Shown: positions 17,322-28,150, numbered from the stretch's first letter. The stretch: 59,576 nucleotides of DNA from Desulfobaccales bacterium (GCA_052139855.1 JBKQVS010000178.1:1-59576); one strand, 5' to 3'. Translations and numbers: made by a program. Notes: a model not told the origin generated them from the letters alone.

Positions 17322-17795
17322 TTACTGCTCAGGGGGTGTCGGTTCCAAGTCCCAGGAGCGCCCGGGATAGAGGACCGCCATCAGCTCCCAGGTCCTGGCG
17401 GTCATGCGGGCTTCGGCGGCGGGGTCGCCGTGGTCGTGGCCCAACAGGTGTAATATACCGTGAATCAGAAAAAAATCGAGGAGTTCCTGCCAGGGCCAGC
17501 CAAATTCCCGGGCCTGGCGGCGGGTGGTCTCGAGGGAGATCACCACCTCGCCCAGGAGCGGCGGGGGTCCGCCGGCGTGGGGGGCGTCGTCCAGGGGAAA
17601 GGCGATAACGTTGGTGGGGCCGCGCCGCCCAAAGGTTTCCCGGTTGAGGCGGGCCATGGCCCGGTCGCCCATCAGGATAAGGCTCAGTTCTTCCTCAGAT
17701 AATCCCAAGGCGCTTAAGATCTTCGCGGCTTTTTTCCTGAGTTTCTCCTGACTGAGGACCGTTTTTCTTTGGCGGTTGTTTATCAATATCCTCAT
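17322..17795 (-). CDS. ybeY: rRNA maturation endoribonuclease YbeY
   Basis: LNRETFG..GPTNVIAF, LGEVVIS, HGILHLLGHDH. Confidence 0.93.
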   Translation of the reverse strand: MRILINNRQRKTVLSQEKLRKKAAKILSALGLSEEELSLILMGDRAMARLNRETFGRRGPTNVIAFPLDDAPHAGGPPPLLGEVVISLETTRRQAREFGWPWQELLDFFLIHGILHLLGHDHGDPAAEARMTARTWELMAVLYPGRSWDLEPTPPEQ

Positions 17796-20142
17796 GGGAC
17801 TTCTTCTTATCGACGGCCTGGGGGTATTGGATGCGTTGGTGAAAGATGCCGCTCAAGATCTTGTTAAAGCTTCTGGCGATGTGGTGCAGGTCCTTCAGGG
17901 TGAGTTCACATTCATCCAGTTGGCCATCGGCGAAGACGTTATTGATGATCTTCTGGACCATGCCCTGGATACGGGCCGGGGTGGGGTCGGTCAGGCTCCG
18001 GGAGGCCGCCTCGACCTGGTCCGCCAGGAGCACCAGTCCGGCTTCCTTGGTCTGGGGGCGGGGGCCCGGGTAGCGGTAATCCTCCATCTTGACCTGGTTG
18101 GGTTTGGCCGCCTGGGTCTTGGCCTTGTGGAAAAAATAGTGGATGAGGTTGGTGCCGTGGTGCTGGTGGATGATATCGGCGATGTTCTCCCCCAACCGGT
18201 GTTTCCGGGCCAGGTCCACCCCGTCCTTGACATGGGAGATGAGGATCAGGCTGCTCATGGACGGGGCCAGTTTCTCGTGCTTGTTTTCTTCGCCCATGAG
18301 GTTTTCCACGAAATAGGCCGGCTTCTTGATTTTGCCGATGTCGTGGTAAAAGGCGGCGGCCTTGGCCAGCATGGGATTGGCTCCGATGGTCTCGGCGGCG
18401 GCTTCCACCATCTGGCCCACCACCATGGAGTGATGATAGGTGCCCGGGGCAATAAGCATCAGTTCTCTGAGCACGGGCTGATCCAGGTTCAAAAGTTCCA
18501 GCAGGCGGATATTGGAGGAATAGCTGAACGACGATTCCATGATGGGGGTCAGCCCCAGGGCCAGGATGCCGGTGAGCACGCCGCCTCCCAGGGCGAAAGC
18601 CTCGGCGATGAGCAGGTCGTTGCCGGTGAAAGGAAACTCCAACAATTTGAAGGTGAACACGAGGACCATATTGGCCAGGCCGATGCACAGGCCGGTGTGA
18701 ATCAAGGCGTTGCGGCGACGGCAGGTTTTCACGCCCCAGACCCCCATCAGACCCGCAATGACAAAGTAGATGAACAGGGGAAAGGGTTTATCCACCACCA
18801 GGGCTGTGAAGGTGGCGCCGAGACAGGCCACCCCCACCCCGGTCTCGAGACCCAGAAACATGGCGGCCAAGATGGCGGCTAATCCCTGGGGCAGGACATA
18901 TACCAGGTTGTGACCCACCAGGGGGAGGTTCCGGGAGACGTTGTCCCCCAACACCAGGAGCCCTTTGTTGATCACGGTGCTGGCCAGGAGCAGGGCCGCC
19001 ACGAACATCAGGTCCAGCAAGCGGTTGGAAAAGCGCCGCAGGGCGATGCGGGCCAGTTGATAGGAGACCCCCAGGAGCACGGCGAGGCAGAGGAAGAGCC
19101 CCAGGAAGATGAGCACCCCCCGGCTGCGGGGGTAGATCTTGGTCTGGGCCTGCAATTTTACCAGGTGCAGGGGGGTGATGCGCTCGCCTTCCCGCACCAG
19201 CATCTCGCCCCGCTTTACCTTGAAGTAGACGGGCTTTAATTCGTGCAGGCGGACCTGTTGGCGCTCATGGGTTTCGGCCCAGTTGGGGGAGACGTTGGGC
19301 ATCAGCAGGAGCTGGGTAAAATCGCACACCAGCCACCGGTCGGCGGGAGATACCTCCAAGGCCACATCCCGGCAATAGCCCGCGGCGGATTTCCGGCCCT
19401 CATCCATCTCAATGAACGAGAAGGGCGGACGCTCCACCGTTTCCTGGCGGGAGGGCAGGCGCCGCAGGAGAATCTCCCGGGGCTCCGGTTTAAGGATGGC
19501 GTTGCTGCTGATCACCCCTTGCCGAAAAAACTGTGCCAGCACCTGGCTGACCATGGCTTCCAGGTAGGGCGAAAATTCGGCTTTGGCCAGGAGATGAAAG
19601 GTGGGCTTGGGGGAGGTGACCCCCAGGATGCGGTCGAATTCGGGCTTGTGGTCCAGCAAGACTTTATAGGGCACCGTGGGCTTGGCGTTGGCCGGGGCAG
19701 CGGCCCCGGCCCGACCGGCGCGAGGCGGCACCGCGGCTTCCTGGGAGATGCGCCGCATGTAGTCCATAGATTTCTGAAGCCGCTGCTGCACCTCCTCCCC
19801 CAACTGCTCCTGCAAATCAAACACCGGGGGCACCTGGGTCATCAGCTCTTGCTGCTTCTTGGCCGTGGTCTCCACGTCCTCCACCAGGAATTCGCCGATG
19901 GCCTTGACGTTCTCAAGGGCCACATCCCCCACCCGGTAGTTGTGCTGCGGCTCCGAGATTCGGGGCGCCAAAATAAGGGCCAGCAACAGGCTCACGGCAA
20001 GGAGCAACGCTACTCTGGCGCCCGTGTCCTGCCCGGGGGATAGGACGAGTTTCCGGGATAAGGATTTGGGCAATTTGGCGCGCAGGCTGCGCCCCATGCC
20101 AAAGATACGGCTGATGCTTTTGGGCACGTCTTTTTCAGTCAT
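17695..20142 (-). CDS. 7TM-HD phosphohydrolase (PgpH-like, putative c-di-AMP phosphodiesterase)
   Basis: Large periplasmic region, TM bundle, APGTYHHS, YHDIGK, HHGT, YPGPRPQTKEAGLVLLAD; phoH-HD-ybeY synteny. Confidence 0.88.
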   Translation of the reverse strand: MTEKDVPKSISRIFGMGRSLRAKLPKSLSRKLVLSPGQDTGARVALLLAVSLLLALILAPRISEPQHNYRVGDVALENVKAIGEFLVEDVETTAKKQQELMTQVPPVFDLQEQLGEEVQQRLQKSMDYMRRISQEAAVPPRAGRAGAAAPANAKPTVPYKVLLDHKPEFDRILGVTSPKPTFHLLAKAEFSPYLEAMVSQVLAQFFRQGVISSNAILKPEPREILLRRLPSRQETVERPPFSFIEMDEGRKSAAGYCRDVALEVSPADRWLVCDFTQLLLMPNVSPNWAETHERQQVRLHELKPVYFKVKRGEMLVREGERITPLHLVKLQAQTKIYPRSRGVLIFLGLFLCLAVLLGVSYQLARIALRRFSNRLLDLMFVAALLLASTVINKGLLVLGDNVSRNLPLVGHNLVYVLPQGLAAILAAMFLGLETGVGVACLGATFTALVVDKPFPLFIYFVIAGLMGVWGVKTCRRRNALIHTGLCIGLANMVLVFTFKLLEFPFTGNDLLIAEAFALGGGVLTGILALGLTPIMESSFSYSSNIRLLELLNLDQPVLRELMLIAPGTYHHSMVVGQMVEAAAETIGANPMLAKAAAFYHDIGKIKKPAYFVENLMGEENKHEKLAPSMSSLILISHVKDGVDLARKHRLGENIADIIHQHHGTNLIHYFFHKAKTQAAKPNQVKMEDYRYPGPRPQTKEAGLVLLADQVEAASRSLTDPTPARIQGMVQKIINNVFADGQLDECELTLKDLHHIARSFNKILSGIFHQRIQYPQAVDKKKSHEDIDKQPPKKNGPQSGETQEKSREDLKRLGII

Positions 20143-20191
20143 AAGGGTGCTCCGAGGTTCCGGGCGTCTCGCCCCTCCCGTGAAATCAGGC

Positions 20192-21178
20192 TCAGGCGGG
20201 AGTTGGTTCCGCCTCATGGCCGGACCGGCGATTCCGGCGGCTCTCATAGGCCCGGATGATGTCCTGCACCAGGGGATGGCGCACCACGTCCCGCTCGGTG
20301 AAGTGGACGAAGGCGATCCCTTCCACCCCGGTGAGCAGGTCCCGGGCTTCCACCAACCCGGACCGCGCCCCGGGGGCCAAGTCGATCTGGGTCACATCCC
20401 CGGTGATCACCGCCTTGGAGCCAAACCCCAGGCGGGTCAGGAACATCATCATCTGCTCGGACGTGGTATTCTGGGCCTCGTCCAGGATGACCATGGAGTC
20501 GTTCAGGGTCCGGCCCCGCATAAAGGCCAGGGGCGCCACTTCGATGATGCCGCGCTGCACCAGGCGGGTGGCCTTTTCAAAATCCATCATATCATGAAGG
20601 GCATCATAGAGAGGCCGCAAATAGGGGTTCACCTTCTCGGCCAGGTCCCCGGGCAGGAAGCCCAGCTTTTCTCCGGCCTCCACCGCGGGCCGGGCCAGCA
20701 CGATGCGGATGCAGTCGTTGTTCATCAGGGCGGCCACCGCCATGGCCATGGCCAGGTAGGTTTTGCCGGTGCCGGCGGGGCCGATGCCGAAGACGATGTC
20801 ATGGGCCCGGATGGCTTCGATGTAGCGCTTCTGGTTGAGGCTTTTGGGGGAGATGCGCCGCTTCATGGCGGAGATGTAGACCGTGTCCAGGAAGATATCC
20901 TTGACCGAGGCGCTCTCTTTGTCCTGGAGAATCTTGATGGTGTACTGCACATCCTGGGCCAGGACCGGATAGCCTGATTGGAGGAGGCCGTAGAGTTCCT
21001 GGAGCACCCGCTTGGCCAGGCGCACTTCGGCCTCGGGCCCCTCGAGGGTCACGCGGTGGCCGCGCACGTGGTGCTTCACCCCCAGACTGCGGCTGACGAT
21101 GGCCAAGTGCTTGCCGTGCTCGCCGTAGAGAGCCTGGGCCAGGGAATTGTCCTCAAAGGTGAGTTGGTCGGTGGCCAT
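20192..21178 (-). CDS. phoH: PhoH-like ATPase
   Basis: [47 protein letters not shown]. Confidence 0.95.
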   Translation of the reverse strand: MATDQLTFEDNSLAQALYGEHGKHLAIVSRSLGVKHHVRGHRVTLEGPEAEVRLAKRVLQELYGLLQSGYPVLAQDVQYTIKILQDKESASVKDIFLDTVYISAMKRRISPKSLNQKRYIEAIRAHDIVFGIGPAGTGKTYLAMAMAVAALMNNDCIRIVLARPAVEAGEKLGFLPGDLAEKVNPYLRPLYDALHDMMDFEKATRLVQRGIIEVAPLAFMRGRTLNDSMVILDEAQNTTSEQMMMFLTRLGFGSKAVITGDVTQIDLAPGARSGLVEARDLLTGVEGIAFVHFTERDVVRHPLVQDIIRAYESRRNRRSGHEAEPTPA

Positions 21179-21203
21179 GAGGTGAGATTTCGCCGGGAGA
21201 GAT

Positions 21204-21641
21204 TTATCCGTTGGTCGGCCTGGTTCCTATAACCTGCCCCTGGATGCGGCGCTGCCGGGGCCGGTTGTCGAAGTCCAGCAAGACGATTTGTTGCCAAGTG
21301 CCCAGGAGCGGGCGTCCACCGGCGATGGGGATACTGAGTGAGGGCTTGAGAAAGGCGGCACGCACGTGGGCGTAGCCGTTGCCGTCGCCCCAACGGCGGT
21401 CGTGTTCATAGGACCTATCCTGCGGGAAAAGGCGGTGGATGGCCTCCCGCAGATCGTTGACCACGCCGGACTCAAACTCGATGGTGCTCAAAGCCGCGGT
21501 GGAACCGGGGATGAACAGGGTGAGGAGGCCTTCCGCCACCCCGGTTTGCTCAACTTCAGCCGCCACCGCGGCGGTGAGGTCCAGGATGTCGGTTGCGGCC
21601 GTGGTCTTAACCTCAAGGGTAAAGGTTTCTAGGGAAAACAT
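21204..21641 (-). CDS. YjbQ/UPF0047 family protein
   Basis: [14 protein letters not shown]...[21 protein letters not shown]. Confidence 0.88.
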   Translation of the reverse strand: MFSLETFTLEVKTTAATDILDLTAAVAAEVEQTGVAEGLLTLFIPGSTAALSTIEFESGVVNDLREAIHRLFPQDRSYEHDRRWGDGNGYAHVRAAFLKPSLSIPIAGGRPLLGTWQQIVLLDFDNRPRQRRIQGQVIGTRPTNG

Positions 21642-21855
21642 AATAAATGTTAATATTACCAAATTCCAGGGCTATCTACAACTGATAACCACTCTTCGAA
21701 ACTTTCTCTCATTTTCTTTAGCCGGGCCGGATGAGGGCCATCAAGCCCGTCTGCCGCGGGCGGCTCATTAAGGCTTGACTAAGGGCCGGGAATAATCTAA
21801 AAAATGTAAGTTTACGGACCTATTCAGCAGCACCCTATATTCAGGCTGACACTCC

Positions 21856-23340
21856 ATGGCACAATCCGATACCATCCGCAACCAGCGCCTGCAGAAGCTG
21901 ACAGAGCTGAGGGAACAGGGCGTCGAGCCCTATGCCAACGGTTTCGTCCCCACCCACACCATCGCCCAGGTTTTGGGGGAGTTCGGAGCCCTGGCCGGGC
22001 CCGAGTTGGAGGGGCTGAACCGGACCTTCCGTCTGGCCGGCCGCCTGATGCTGCTACGCGAGTTCGGCAAGGCCACCTTCTGCCACTTCCAGGACAGCAC
22101 CAGCCGCGTACAGGCTTACGTCCAGAAACAGGTTATCGGCCCGGAGGCCTTCGCCCGATTCAAGCGCCTGGACCTGGGCGACATCGTGGGGTTTACCGGG
22201 ACGCTGTTCCGCACCAAGACCGGGGAGCTCACCCTGGCGGTGTCCGACTTCGTGCTCCTCACAAAGAGCCTCCTGCCCCTGCCGGAAAAGTACCACGGCC
22301 TCACGGACGTGGAGACCCGCTACCGCCAGCGCTATCTGGACCTGATGGTCAACCCCCAGGTGCGGGAAGTTTTTGTCAGGCGGGCGGCGATCGTCAGTTT
22401 GATGCGGCAGTTTTTTGAGGCCCGGGGCTTCCTGGAGGTGGAGACCCCCATGATGCAGCCCATTCCCGGGGGCGCCACGGCCCGGCCCTTCGTCACCCAC
22501 CACCAGGCCCTGGACATGACCCTGTACCTGAGGATCGCCCCGGAACTTTATCTGAAGCGTCTGGTGATCGGCGGCTTCGACCGGGTTTTCGAGATCAACC
22601 GCAATTTCAGGAACGAAGGGCTCTCCATCCAGCACAATCCCGAATTCACCATGTTGGAGTTCTACCAGGCCTACGCCACCCATGAGGACCTGATGGTCCT
22701 GACCGAGGCTCTTATCTGCCACGTGGCCCGTGAGCTCCTGGGCACTCTGCGGCTGACCTACCAGGGCGCCGAGATCGACCTGACCCCGCCCTGGCGCCGC
22801 CTGGACCTGAGGGAGTCCCTGACGTCGATTGGCGGCATCCCCACTGAGGTGGTCCGGGACCGCCAAGCCCTGGTGGAGTTGGCCCTGAAAGAGGAGGTCA
22901 GCCTGCGTCCCGGCGAAGGCTACGGCCGGGCCCTGACGAAACTCTTCGACCTCAAGGTGGAGGCCCGTCTCCAGCAGCCCACCTTCATCACCGGATACCC
23001 TCTGGAGACCTCGCCCCTGTCCCGGAAAAGCGAGAGCGACCCGGAGGTGGTGGACCGGTTTGAACTGTTCATCGCCGGCCGGGAGATAGCCAATGGCTTC
23101 TCGGAGCTCAACGACCCGGTGGACCAGCGGCAGCGGTTTGAGGCCCAACTGGCGGCCCACGCGGCCGGCGATGAAGAGATGCCGCACGCCCTGGACGAGG
23201 ACTTCGTCACCGCCCTGGAGCAGGGCATGCCGCCCACCGCGGGGGAGGGCATCGGCATCGACCGCCTGGTGATGCTCCTCACGGATTCCCCCTCGATCCG
23301 GGACGTCATCCTGTTTCCGCTCCTCAGGCCGGAGAGGTAA
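21856..23340 (+). CDS. lysS: Lysyl-tRNA synthetase class II
   Basis: YRQRYLDL, GGATARPF, YLRIAPELYLK, FRNEG..HNPEFT, GIGIDRL. Confidence 0.97.
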   Translation: MAQSDTIRNQRLQKLTELREQGVEPYANGFVPTHTIAQVLGEFGALAGPELEGLNRTFRLAGRLMLLREFGKATFCHFQDSTSRVQAYVQKQVIGPEAFARFKRLDLGDIVGFTGTLFRTKTGELTLAVSDFVLLTKSLLPLPEKYHGLTDVETRYRQRYLDLMVNPQVREVFVRRAAIVSLMRQFFEARGFLEVETPMMQPIPGGATARPFVTHHQALDMTLYLRIAPELYLKRLVIGGFDRVFEINRNFRNEGLSIQHNPEFTMLEFYQAYATHEDLMVLTEALICHVARELLGTLRLTYQGAEIDLTPPWRRLDLRESLTSIGGIPTEVVRDRQALVELALKEEVSLRPGEGYGRALTKLFDLKVEARLQQPTFITGYPLETSPLSRKSESDPEVVDRFELFIAGREIANGFSELNDPVDQRQRFEAQLAAHAAGDEEMPHALDEDFVTALEQGMPPTAGEGIGIDRLVMLLTDSPSIRDVILFPLLRPER

Positions 23341-23345
23341 GCGCC

Positions 23346-24581
23346 TTGAGTTTCTTCGAATCATTCGTGGCCCTGCGGCTGCTCAAGGGGGTGAAGCGCC
23401 AGAAAGGTTTTCTGCCGCTCTCCACGTTTATCTCCGTGGCCGGGGTGATGGTGGGGGTCATGGCCCTTATCGTGGTCATCGGGGTGATGACCGGCTTCGA
23501 CCTGGACCTGAAGAAGAAAATCCTCAGCGTCAACGCCCACATCATCGTGCTCAAGCACGGCTCCAGCCTCACGGACGCGCCGCAGGTGGCGGATAAAATC
23601 CGGAAACTCCCCGGGGTGGTTTCGGTTGATCCCTTCATCTATACTCAGGTGATGTACTCCGCTCCGGGAAACGTCTCCGGGGGGGTCATCCGGGGCCTGG
23701 ATCTGGAAACCATCCGGCGGGGAGGCCCCCACGCCCTGAGCGTGGTGACCGGCAAGTTCGCCGACCTGGCGGCGGGCGCCCCGGGGGACCCCCCCCGGAT
23801 CGCCATCGGCAATGAGCTGGCTAAAAACCTCAACCTGGCGGTGGGTGACTACCTAAACATCATCTCCCCGTTGGGCACCCTGACACCCATGGGGAGGTTG
23901 CCCCGGATGAAGGCCTTTCGGGTCACCGCGGTCTTTCACTCCGGCATGTACGAGTTCGACAATTCCCTGGTCTATACCAGCATCCCGGCCCTCCAGGAAT
24001 TTCTGGGTCTGGGGCAGCGGGTCACCGGCCTGGAGGCGGAAATCAAGGATATCTACGGGGCGGCGGAGCTGGCGGAGGTCATCCAGAAAGACCTGGGCCC
24101 GCCCTTTTACACCAAGAACTGGATGGAGATGAACCGCAGCCTGTTTGCGGCCCTGAAGCTTGAGAAGATCGCCATGTTCATCATCCTCACCCTGATCATC
24201 CTGGTGGCGGCCTTCGGCATCGCCTCCACCCTGTTCATGATGGTCATGAAAAAGACCCGGGACATCGCCATTCTCAAGTCCATGGGGGCCACGCGCCAGA
24301 GCATCATGCAGATTTTCATCATCAACGGCCTGGTCATCGGGGGCCTGGGCACCATGGGCGGCCTGGGGCTGGGCCTGGTGCTCTGTGCCATCCTGAAACA
24401 GTACCAGTTCATCAAGCTGCCCCAGGATGTTTATTATATTTCCACCCTGCCGGTGACGGTCCAATTGCTCGATGTGCTGGCCATCATCGGCGCCACCATG
24501 GCCATCAGCTTTATCGCCACCCTCTATCCTGCCTGGCAGGCGGCGCGTCTGGACCCGGTGGAGGCGATTCGATATGAGTAA
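23346..24581 (+). CDS. lolE: Lipoprotein-releasing ABC permease LolC/E
   Basis: SVAGVMVGVMALIVV, FHSGMYEFD, DIAILKSMGA, YPAWQAARLDPVEAIRYE. Confidence 0.92.
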   Translation: MSFFESFVALRLLKGVKRQKGFLPLSTFISVAGVMVGVMALIVVIGVMTGFDLDLKKKILSVNAHIIVLKHGSSLTDAPQVADKIRKLPGVVSVDPFIYTQVMYSAPGNVSGGVIRGLDLETIRRGGPHALSVVTGKFADLAAGAPGDPPRIAIGNELAKNLNLAVGDYLNIISPLGTLTPMGRLPRMKAFRVTAVFHSGMYEFDNSLVYTSIPALQEFLGLGQRVTGLEAEIKDIYGAAELAEVIQKDLGPPFYTKNWMEMNRSLFAALKLEKIAMFIILTLIILVAAFGIASTLFMMVMKKTRDIAILKSMGATRQSIMQIFIINGLVIGGLGTMGGLGLGLVLCAILKQYQFIKLPQDVYYISTLPVTVQLLDVLAIIGATMAISFIATLYPAWQAARLDPVEAIRYE

Positions 24582-24728
24582 GGTTTTCGGTTTCAGATTC
24601 CGGGTTCTGGGTCAGAAGAGGCAGCCCCGAGGACATTAACAGGTTGAGCTCAGGAAGGGTCGAAATCTGAGAAGATGAAGGGCCGTCATAAAAAGCGCGC
24701 CACACCAAAAACCTAAAACCCAAAACCT
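24582..24728. repeat. Inverted pair of degenerate heptamer tandem arrays
   Basis: GGTTTTC-GGTTTCA-GATTCCG-GGTTCTG (24582-24611) facing ACCAAAA-ACCTAAA-ACCCAAA-ACCT (24704-24728). Confidence 0.55.
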
Positions 24729-24780
24729 ACATTGACGCTCCCTGGGGAAAGTGATAAGGTGGCTTACCGCTAGGAAAGCA

Positions 24781-25491
24781 ATGAAAGAATACGCAACCTC
24801 CCAGACTCCGGTAAAGATTGAGCTCAGAGGGCTGGTCAAAACCTTCAGGCACAACGGCATCCAGGTGGAGGTACTCACCGGGGTGGACCTGGACATCCGC
24901 CAGGGAGAGACTTTGGCGGTGGTGGGGGCGTCGGGGGTGGGGAAATCCACCCTGCTGCACATTCTGGGGACCCTGGAGCGGCCCAGCACCGGGAAAGTGC
25001 AATGGGAGGGCAAAGACGTCTTCGCCCTGGATGACCGGTCTCTGGCCGCGTTTCGCAATCGCAAGGTGGGGTTTGTGTTTCAATTCCACCATTTGCTGGC
25101 CGAATTCAACGCCCTGGAAAATGTGATGATGCCGGCTCTCATCGCCCGTCTCCCCCAACCGGTGGCCCGGGAGCAAGCCGAGGCGATTCTGGTCCGGGTG
25201 GGGCTTAAAGAGCGCTTGACCCACCGCGTCTCCACCCTGTCCGGCGGCGAGCAGCAGCGGGTGGCGGTGGCCCGAGCCCTGGTGCTGGAACCGGAGGTGC
25301 TCCTGGCGGATGAACCCACCGGCAACCTGGATCCCAAGAGCGGGGCCCGGGTGCAGGAACTTATCCTGGAACTGAACCGCGAACGGGGCCTCACCTCGGT
25401 CATCGTCACCCACAACCTGGAGATGGCCCGGATCCTGGACCGACAGATTACCCTGCTGGATGGCAAGGCAGTAATTTTACAGGGAGAATAA
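24781..25491 (+). CDS. lolD: Lipoprotein-releasing ABC ATPase
   Basis: GASGVGKST, FVFQFHHLLAEFNALENV, LSGGEQQR, DEPTGNLD. Confidence 0.92.
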   Translation: MKEYATSQTPVKIELRGLVKTFRHNGIQVEVLTGVDLDIRQGETLAVVGASGVGKSTLLHILGTLERPSTGKVQWEGKDVFALDDRSLAAFRNRKVGFVFQFHHLLAEFNALENVMMPALIARLPQPVAREQAEAILVRVGLKERLTHRVSTLSGGEQQRVAVARALVLEPEVLLADEPTGNLDPKSGARVQELILELNRERGLTSVIVTHNLEMARILDRQITLLDGKAVILQGE

Positions 25492-25492
25492 G

Positions 25493-28150
25493 GTGGTACA
25501 ACGCCTCATAGCATCATTTCTCCTGGTGTGGCTGGCGGTGGCGGCAGGCGGGCCGGCCCTAGCTCAGGAGCAACTGGTTTTTAAGAAAGTTGTGGTTTTT
25601 CCTTTTTCCGTCACCAGCAAGGAACCTCTAAATCTTCTGGGGGAAAAGGTCAGCCAGGAAATCAATGAGCGCTTGAAAGCCGACGGTTTCACCCCGGTTT
25701 CCCAAGAAGACCTGCATAAGGAGCTCTCCCAGCTAAAAGAACCCATGAATGACGAGCAGGCCCAGGCAATCGGCCGCAAACTGGGAGCCGATATGGCCAT
25801 CTGGGGCACCTTGCTCAAGGTGGGAGACCTCCTGTCCCTGGAAGGCCACGTCCTGGATCTCAGCGGCCGGAAAGGAGCCACCACCCTGAAACTCCAGGGG
25901 ACGGGACTCCACGCCTTATCCGGCCTCAGTCGTCAGATGGCCCAGGAATTGAGCCTGAAGGTTTTGGGCAAAGAACGGGTGGCCCATATCGTGATCAAGG
26001 GCAACCGCCGCATTGAGAAGGATGCCATCCTGGGAGTCATGCAGACCCGGGAAGGGGAAATCCTGTCGCCGGCCCACTTGCGGGAGGACTTGAAAGCCAT
26101 CTATAAGATGGCCTATTTCACCGACGTCCGGATGGATGTCAGCGACACCCCGGAAGGGCGAGTCCTGACCGTCCTGGTGAAGGAGAAACCCGCGATCCGC
26201 GAGATCCTGACGAAAGGCAACCAAAAATTAAAGAAGGACAAAATCCTGGAGGTCATGAACCTCAAACCCTTCTCCGTGGCCTCGGAAGGGGCGATTAAGG
26301 AAGATATCAATAAGGTGCAGCAGGCGTATCGGGAAAAGGGATATTATGAGGCCAAAATCTCCTATGAATTGGTGCCGATAAGCGAACACGAAGTCGACTT
26401 GGTGCTCAATGTCAATGAAGGCGGCAAAATGGCCATCAAGGACATTGAGTTCGAGGGCAACAAGGCTTTCAGCTCCAAGGAACTCCGGAAAGTGATGGAA
26501 ACCAAGGAGCGGGGCTTTTTTGCCCCCGTAGCCTGGATTACCGGTGCGGGCAAGCTGAACCGGGACGTCCTGGAACGGGACCTGGAAAAAGTTGCGGCGT
26601 TTTATTACAACCATGGCTATATCAAGGCCAAGGTGGGAGAACCTAAGGTCGACATCAAGGGGGATTGGATTTATATCACCATTCCCGTGCAGGAAGGCCC
26701 CGAATATCACGTGGCCAAGATTGATATGACAGGAGACCTCCTGGAGGACAAGGACAAGCTCATAGGAATGATCAAGACTCCCAAGGAGAAGGTCTACAGC
26801 CGGGAGGTCTTGCAGGAGGATCTGACCAAACTGGCCGATTTCTACGCCGACCAAGGCTATGCCAATACCGACATTGTGCCCCTCGTCAAGGAGGATAACG
26901 AAAAGATGTTAGTGGATGTCACCTTTGACATCCATAAAGGGCAAAAGATCTACTTCGAACGCATCGACATCGCCGGCAATGTCAAGACCCGGGACAAGGT
27001 GATTCGCCGGGAACTCCGGGTCTATGAGCAGGATCTTTTCTCGGCCACCAACCTCAAAGAGAGCATCAAGAATCTGAGGCGCCTGGAATATTTTGAAGAT
27101 GTGAACTTCGCCACCACCCCAGGGAGCTCCCCCGACCACATGAACTTGAAAATCACCGTCAAGGAACGCCCCACCGGCACCTTCGGCCTCGGTGCGGGTT
27201 ACAGCACCCAGGACCGCCTGGTAGGGATGGTGGAGGTCAGCCAGAACAACCTCTTCGGGCGGGGCCAACAAGTCAAGGTATCGGCGATGATCGGCTCTAT
27301 TTCCCACCGGATCCGGGCTACCTTTGTGGAGCCCTACCTTTTCGACCGGCCCCTCAGTCTTGGCATCGACGGCTTTAACTGGGAGAGGCAATACAGCGAG
27401 TACACCCGGGTGAGCAAGGGCGGAATGTTTCGCCTGAGCCACCCCCTGATCTGGCAGTACACCCGCCTCTTCTGGATGTATCGCTTTGAGAACGTCAACC
27501 TCAACAACCTGGCACCCGGCGCCTCTCAGGTGTTGGTGCAGGCTTCCCAGATTCATAACACCAGCGCCACCTCCTTCGTAATCCGGCGGGATTCCCGGGA
27601 CTCCCTGTTCGCCGCCACCAAGGGTTCGGACAACAGCGTCTCGGTGGAAATGGCCGGCCTGGGAGGCGATACGGCCTTTGTGCGCTATATCGCGGAGAGC
27701 GGTTGGTATTTCCCCCTCAAATGGGATATCGTCTGGGTGGAGCATGCCCGGGCCGGCGGGATGAACAAGCTGCATTGGGGGCAGATGCCGGCTTACGAGC
27801 TGTTCTACCTGGGCGGTATCGACACCATCCGGGGGTTTAAATATGCCGAAATCAGCCCCCGGGACCCACTCACCAATGACCGCATCGGTGGACCCCGATT
27901 CCTGCAATTAAACAATGAGATCAGGTTCCCGCTCTATAGGAAACTGGGCCTTACGGGGACCCTCTTCTTCGATGCCGGCAACGTCTATGGCCCCGACTAT
28001 GTCGGGCCGTTTCTGCGCACCAGCGCTGGCTTCGGCGTCCGCTGGTTCTCCCCCATGGGCCCCCTCCGGGTGGAATGGGGTTATAATCTTTCGAAACACC
28101 CCTGGGAACGGACCAGCGCCTGGGAATTCACCATGGGCGGGTCATTCTAA
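25493..28150 (+). CDS. bamA: Outer-membrane assembly factor BamA with an extra N-terminal alpha/beta domain
   Basis: POTRA repeats (GNRRIE, GNVKTRDKVIRRE), barrel with IRGF motif, C-terminal ..GGSF. Confidence 0.95.
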   Translation: MVQRLIASFLLVWLAVAAGGPALAQEQLVFKKVVVFPFSVTSKEPLNLLGEKVSQEINERLKADGFTPVSQEDLHKELSQLKEPMNDEQAQAIGRKLGADMAIWGTLLKVGDLLSLEGHVLDLSGRKGATTLKLQGTGLHALSGLSRQMAQELSLKVLGKERVAHIVIKGNRRIEKDAILGVMQTREGEILSPAHLREDLKAIYKMAYFTDVRMDVSDTPEGRVLTVLVKEKPAIREILTKGNQKLKKDKILEVMNLKPFSVASEGAIKEDINKVQQAYREKGYYEAKISYELVPISEHEVDLVLNVNEGGKMAIKDIEFEGNKAFSSKELRKVMETKERGFFAPVAWITGAGKLNRDVLERDLEKVAAFYYNHGYIKAKVGEPKVDIKGDWIYITIPVQEGPEYHVAKIDMTGDLLEDKDKLIGMIKTPKEKVYSREVLQEDLTKLADFYADQGYANTDIVPLVKEDNEKMLVDVTFDIHKGQKIYFERIDIAGNVKTRDKVIRRELRVYEQDLFSATNLKESIKNLRRLEYFEDVNFATTPGSSPDHMNLKITVKERPTGTFGLGAGYSTQDRLVGMVEVSQNNLFGRGQQVKVSAMIGSISHRIRATFVEPYLFDRPLSLGIDGFNWERQYSEYTRVSKGGMFRLSHPLIWQYTRLFWMYRFENVNLNNLAPGASQVLVQASQIHNTSATSFVIRRDSRDSLFAATKGSDNSVSVEMAGLGGDTAFVRYIAESGWYFPLKWDIVWVEHARAGGMNKLHWGQMPAYELFYLGGIDTIRGFKYAEISPRDPLTNDRIGGPRFLQLNNEIRFPLYRKLGLTGTLFFDAGNVYGPDYVGPFLRTSAGFGVRWFSPMGPLRVEWGYNLSKHPWERTSAWEFTMGGSF

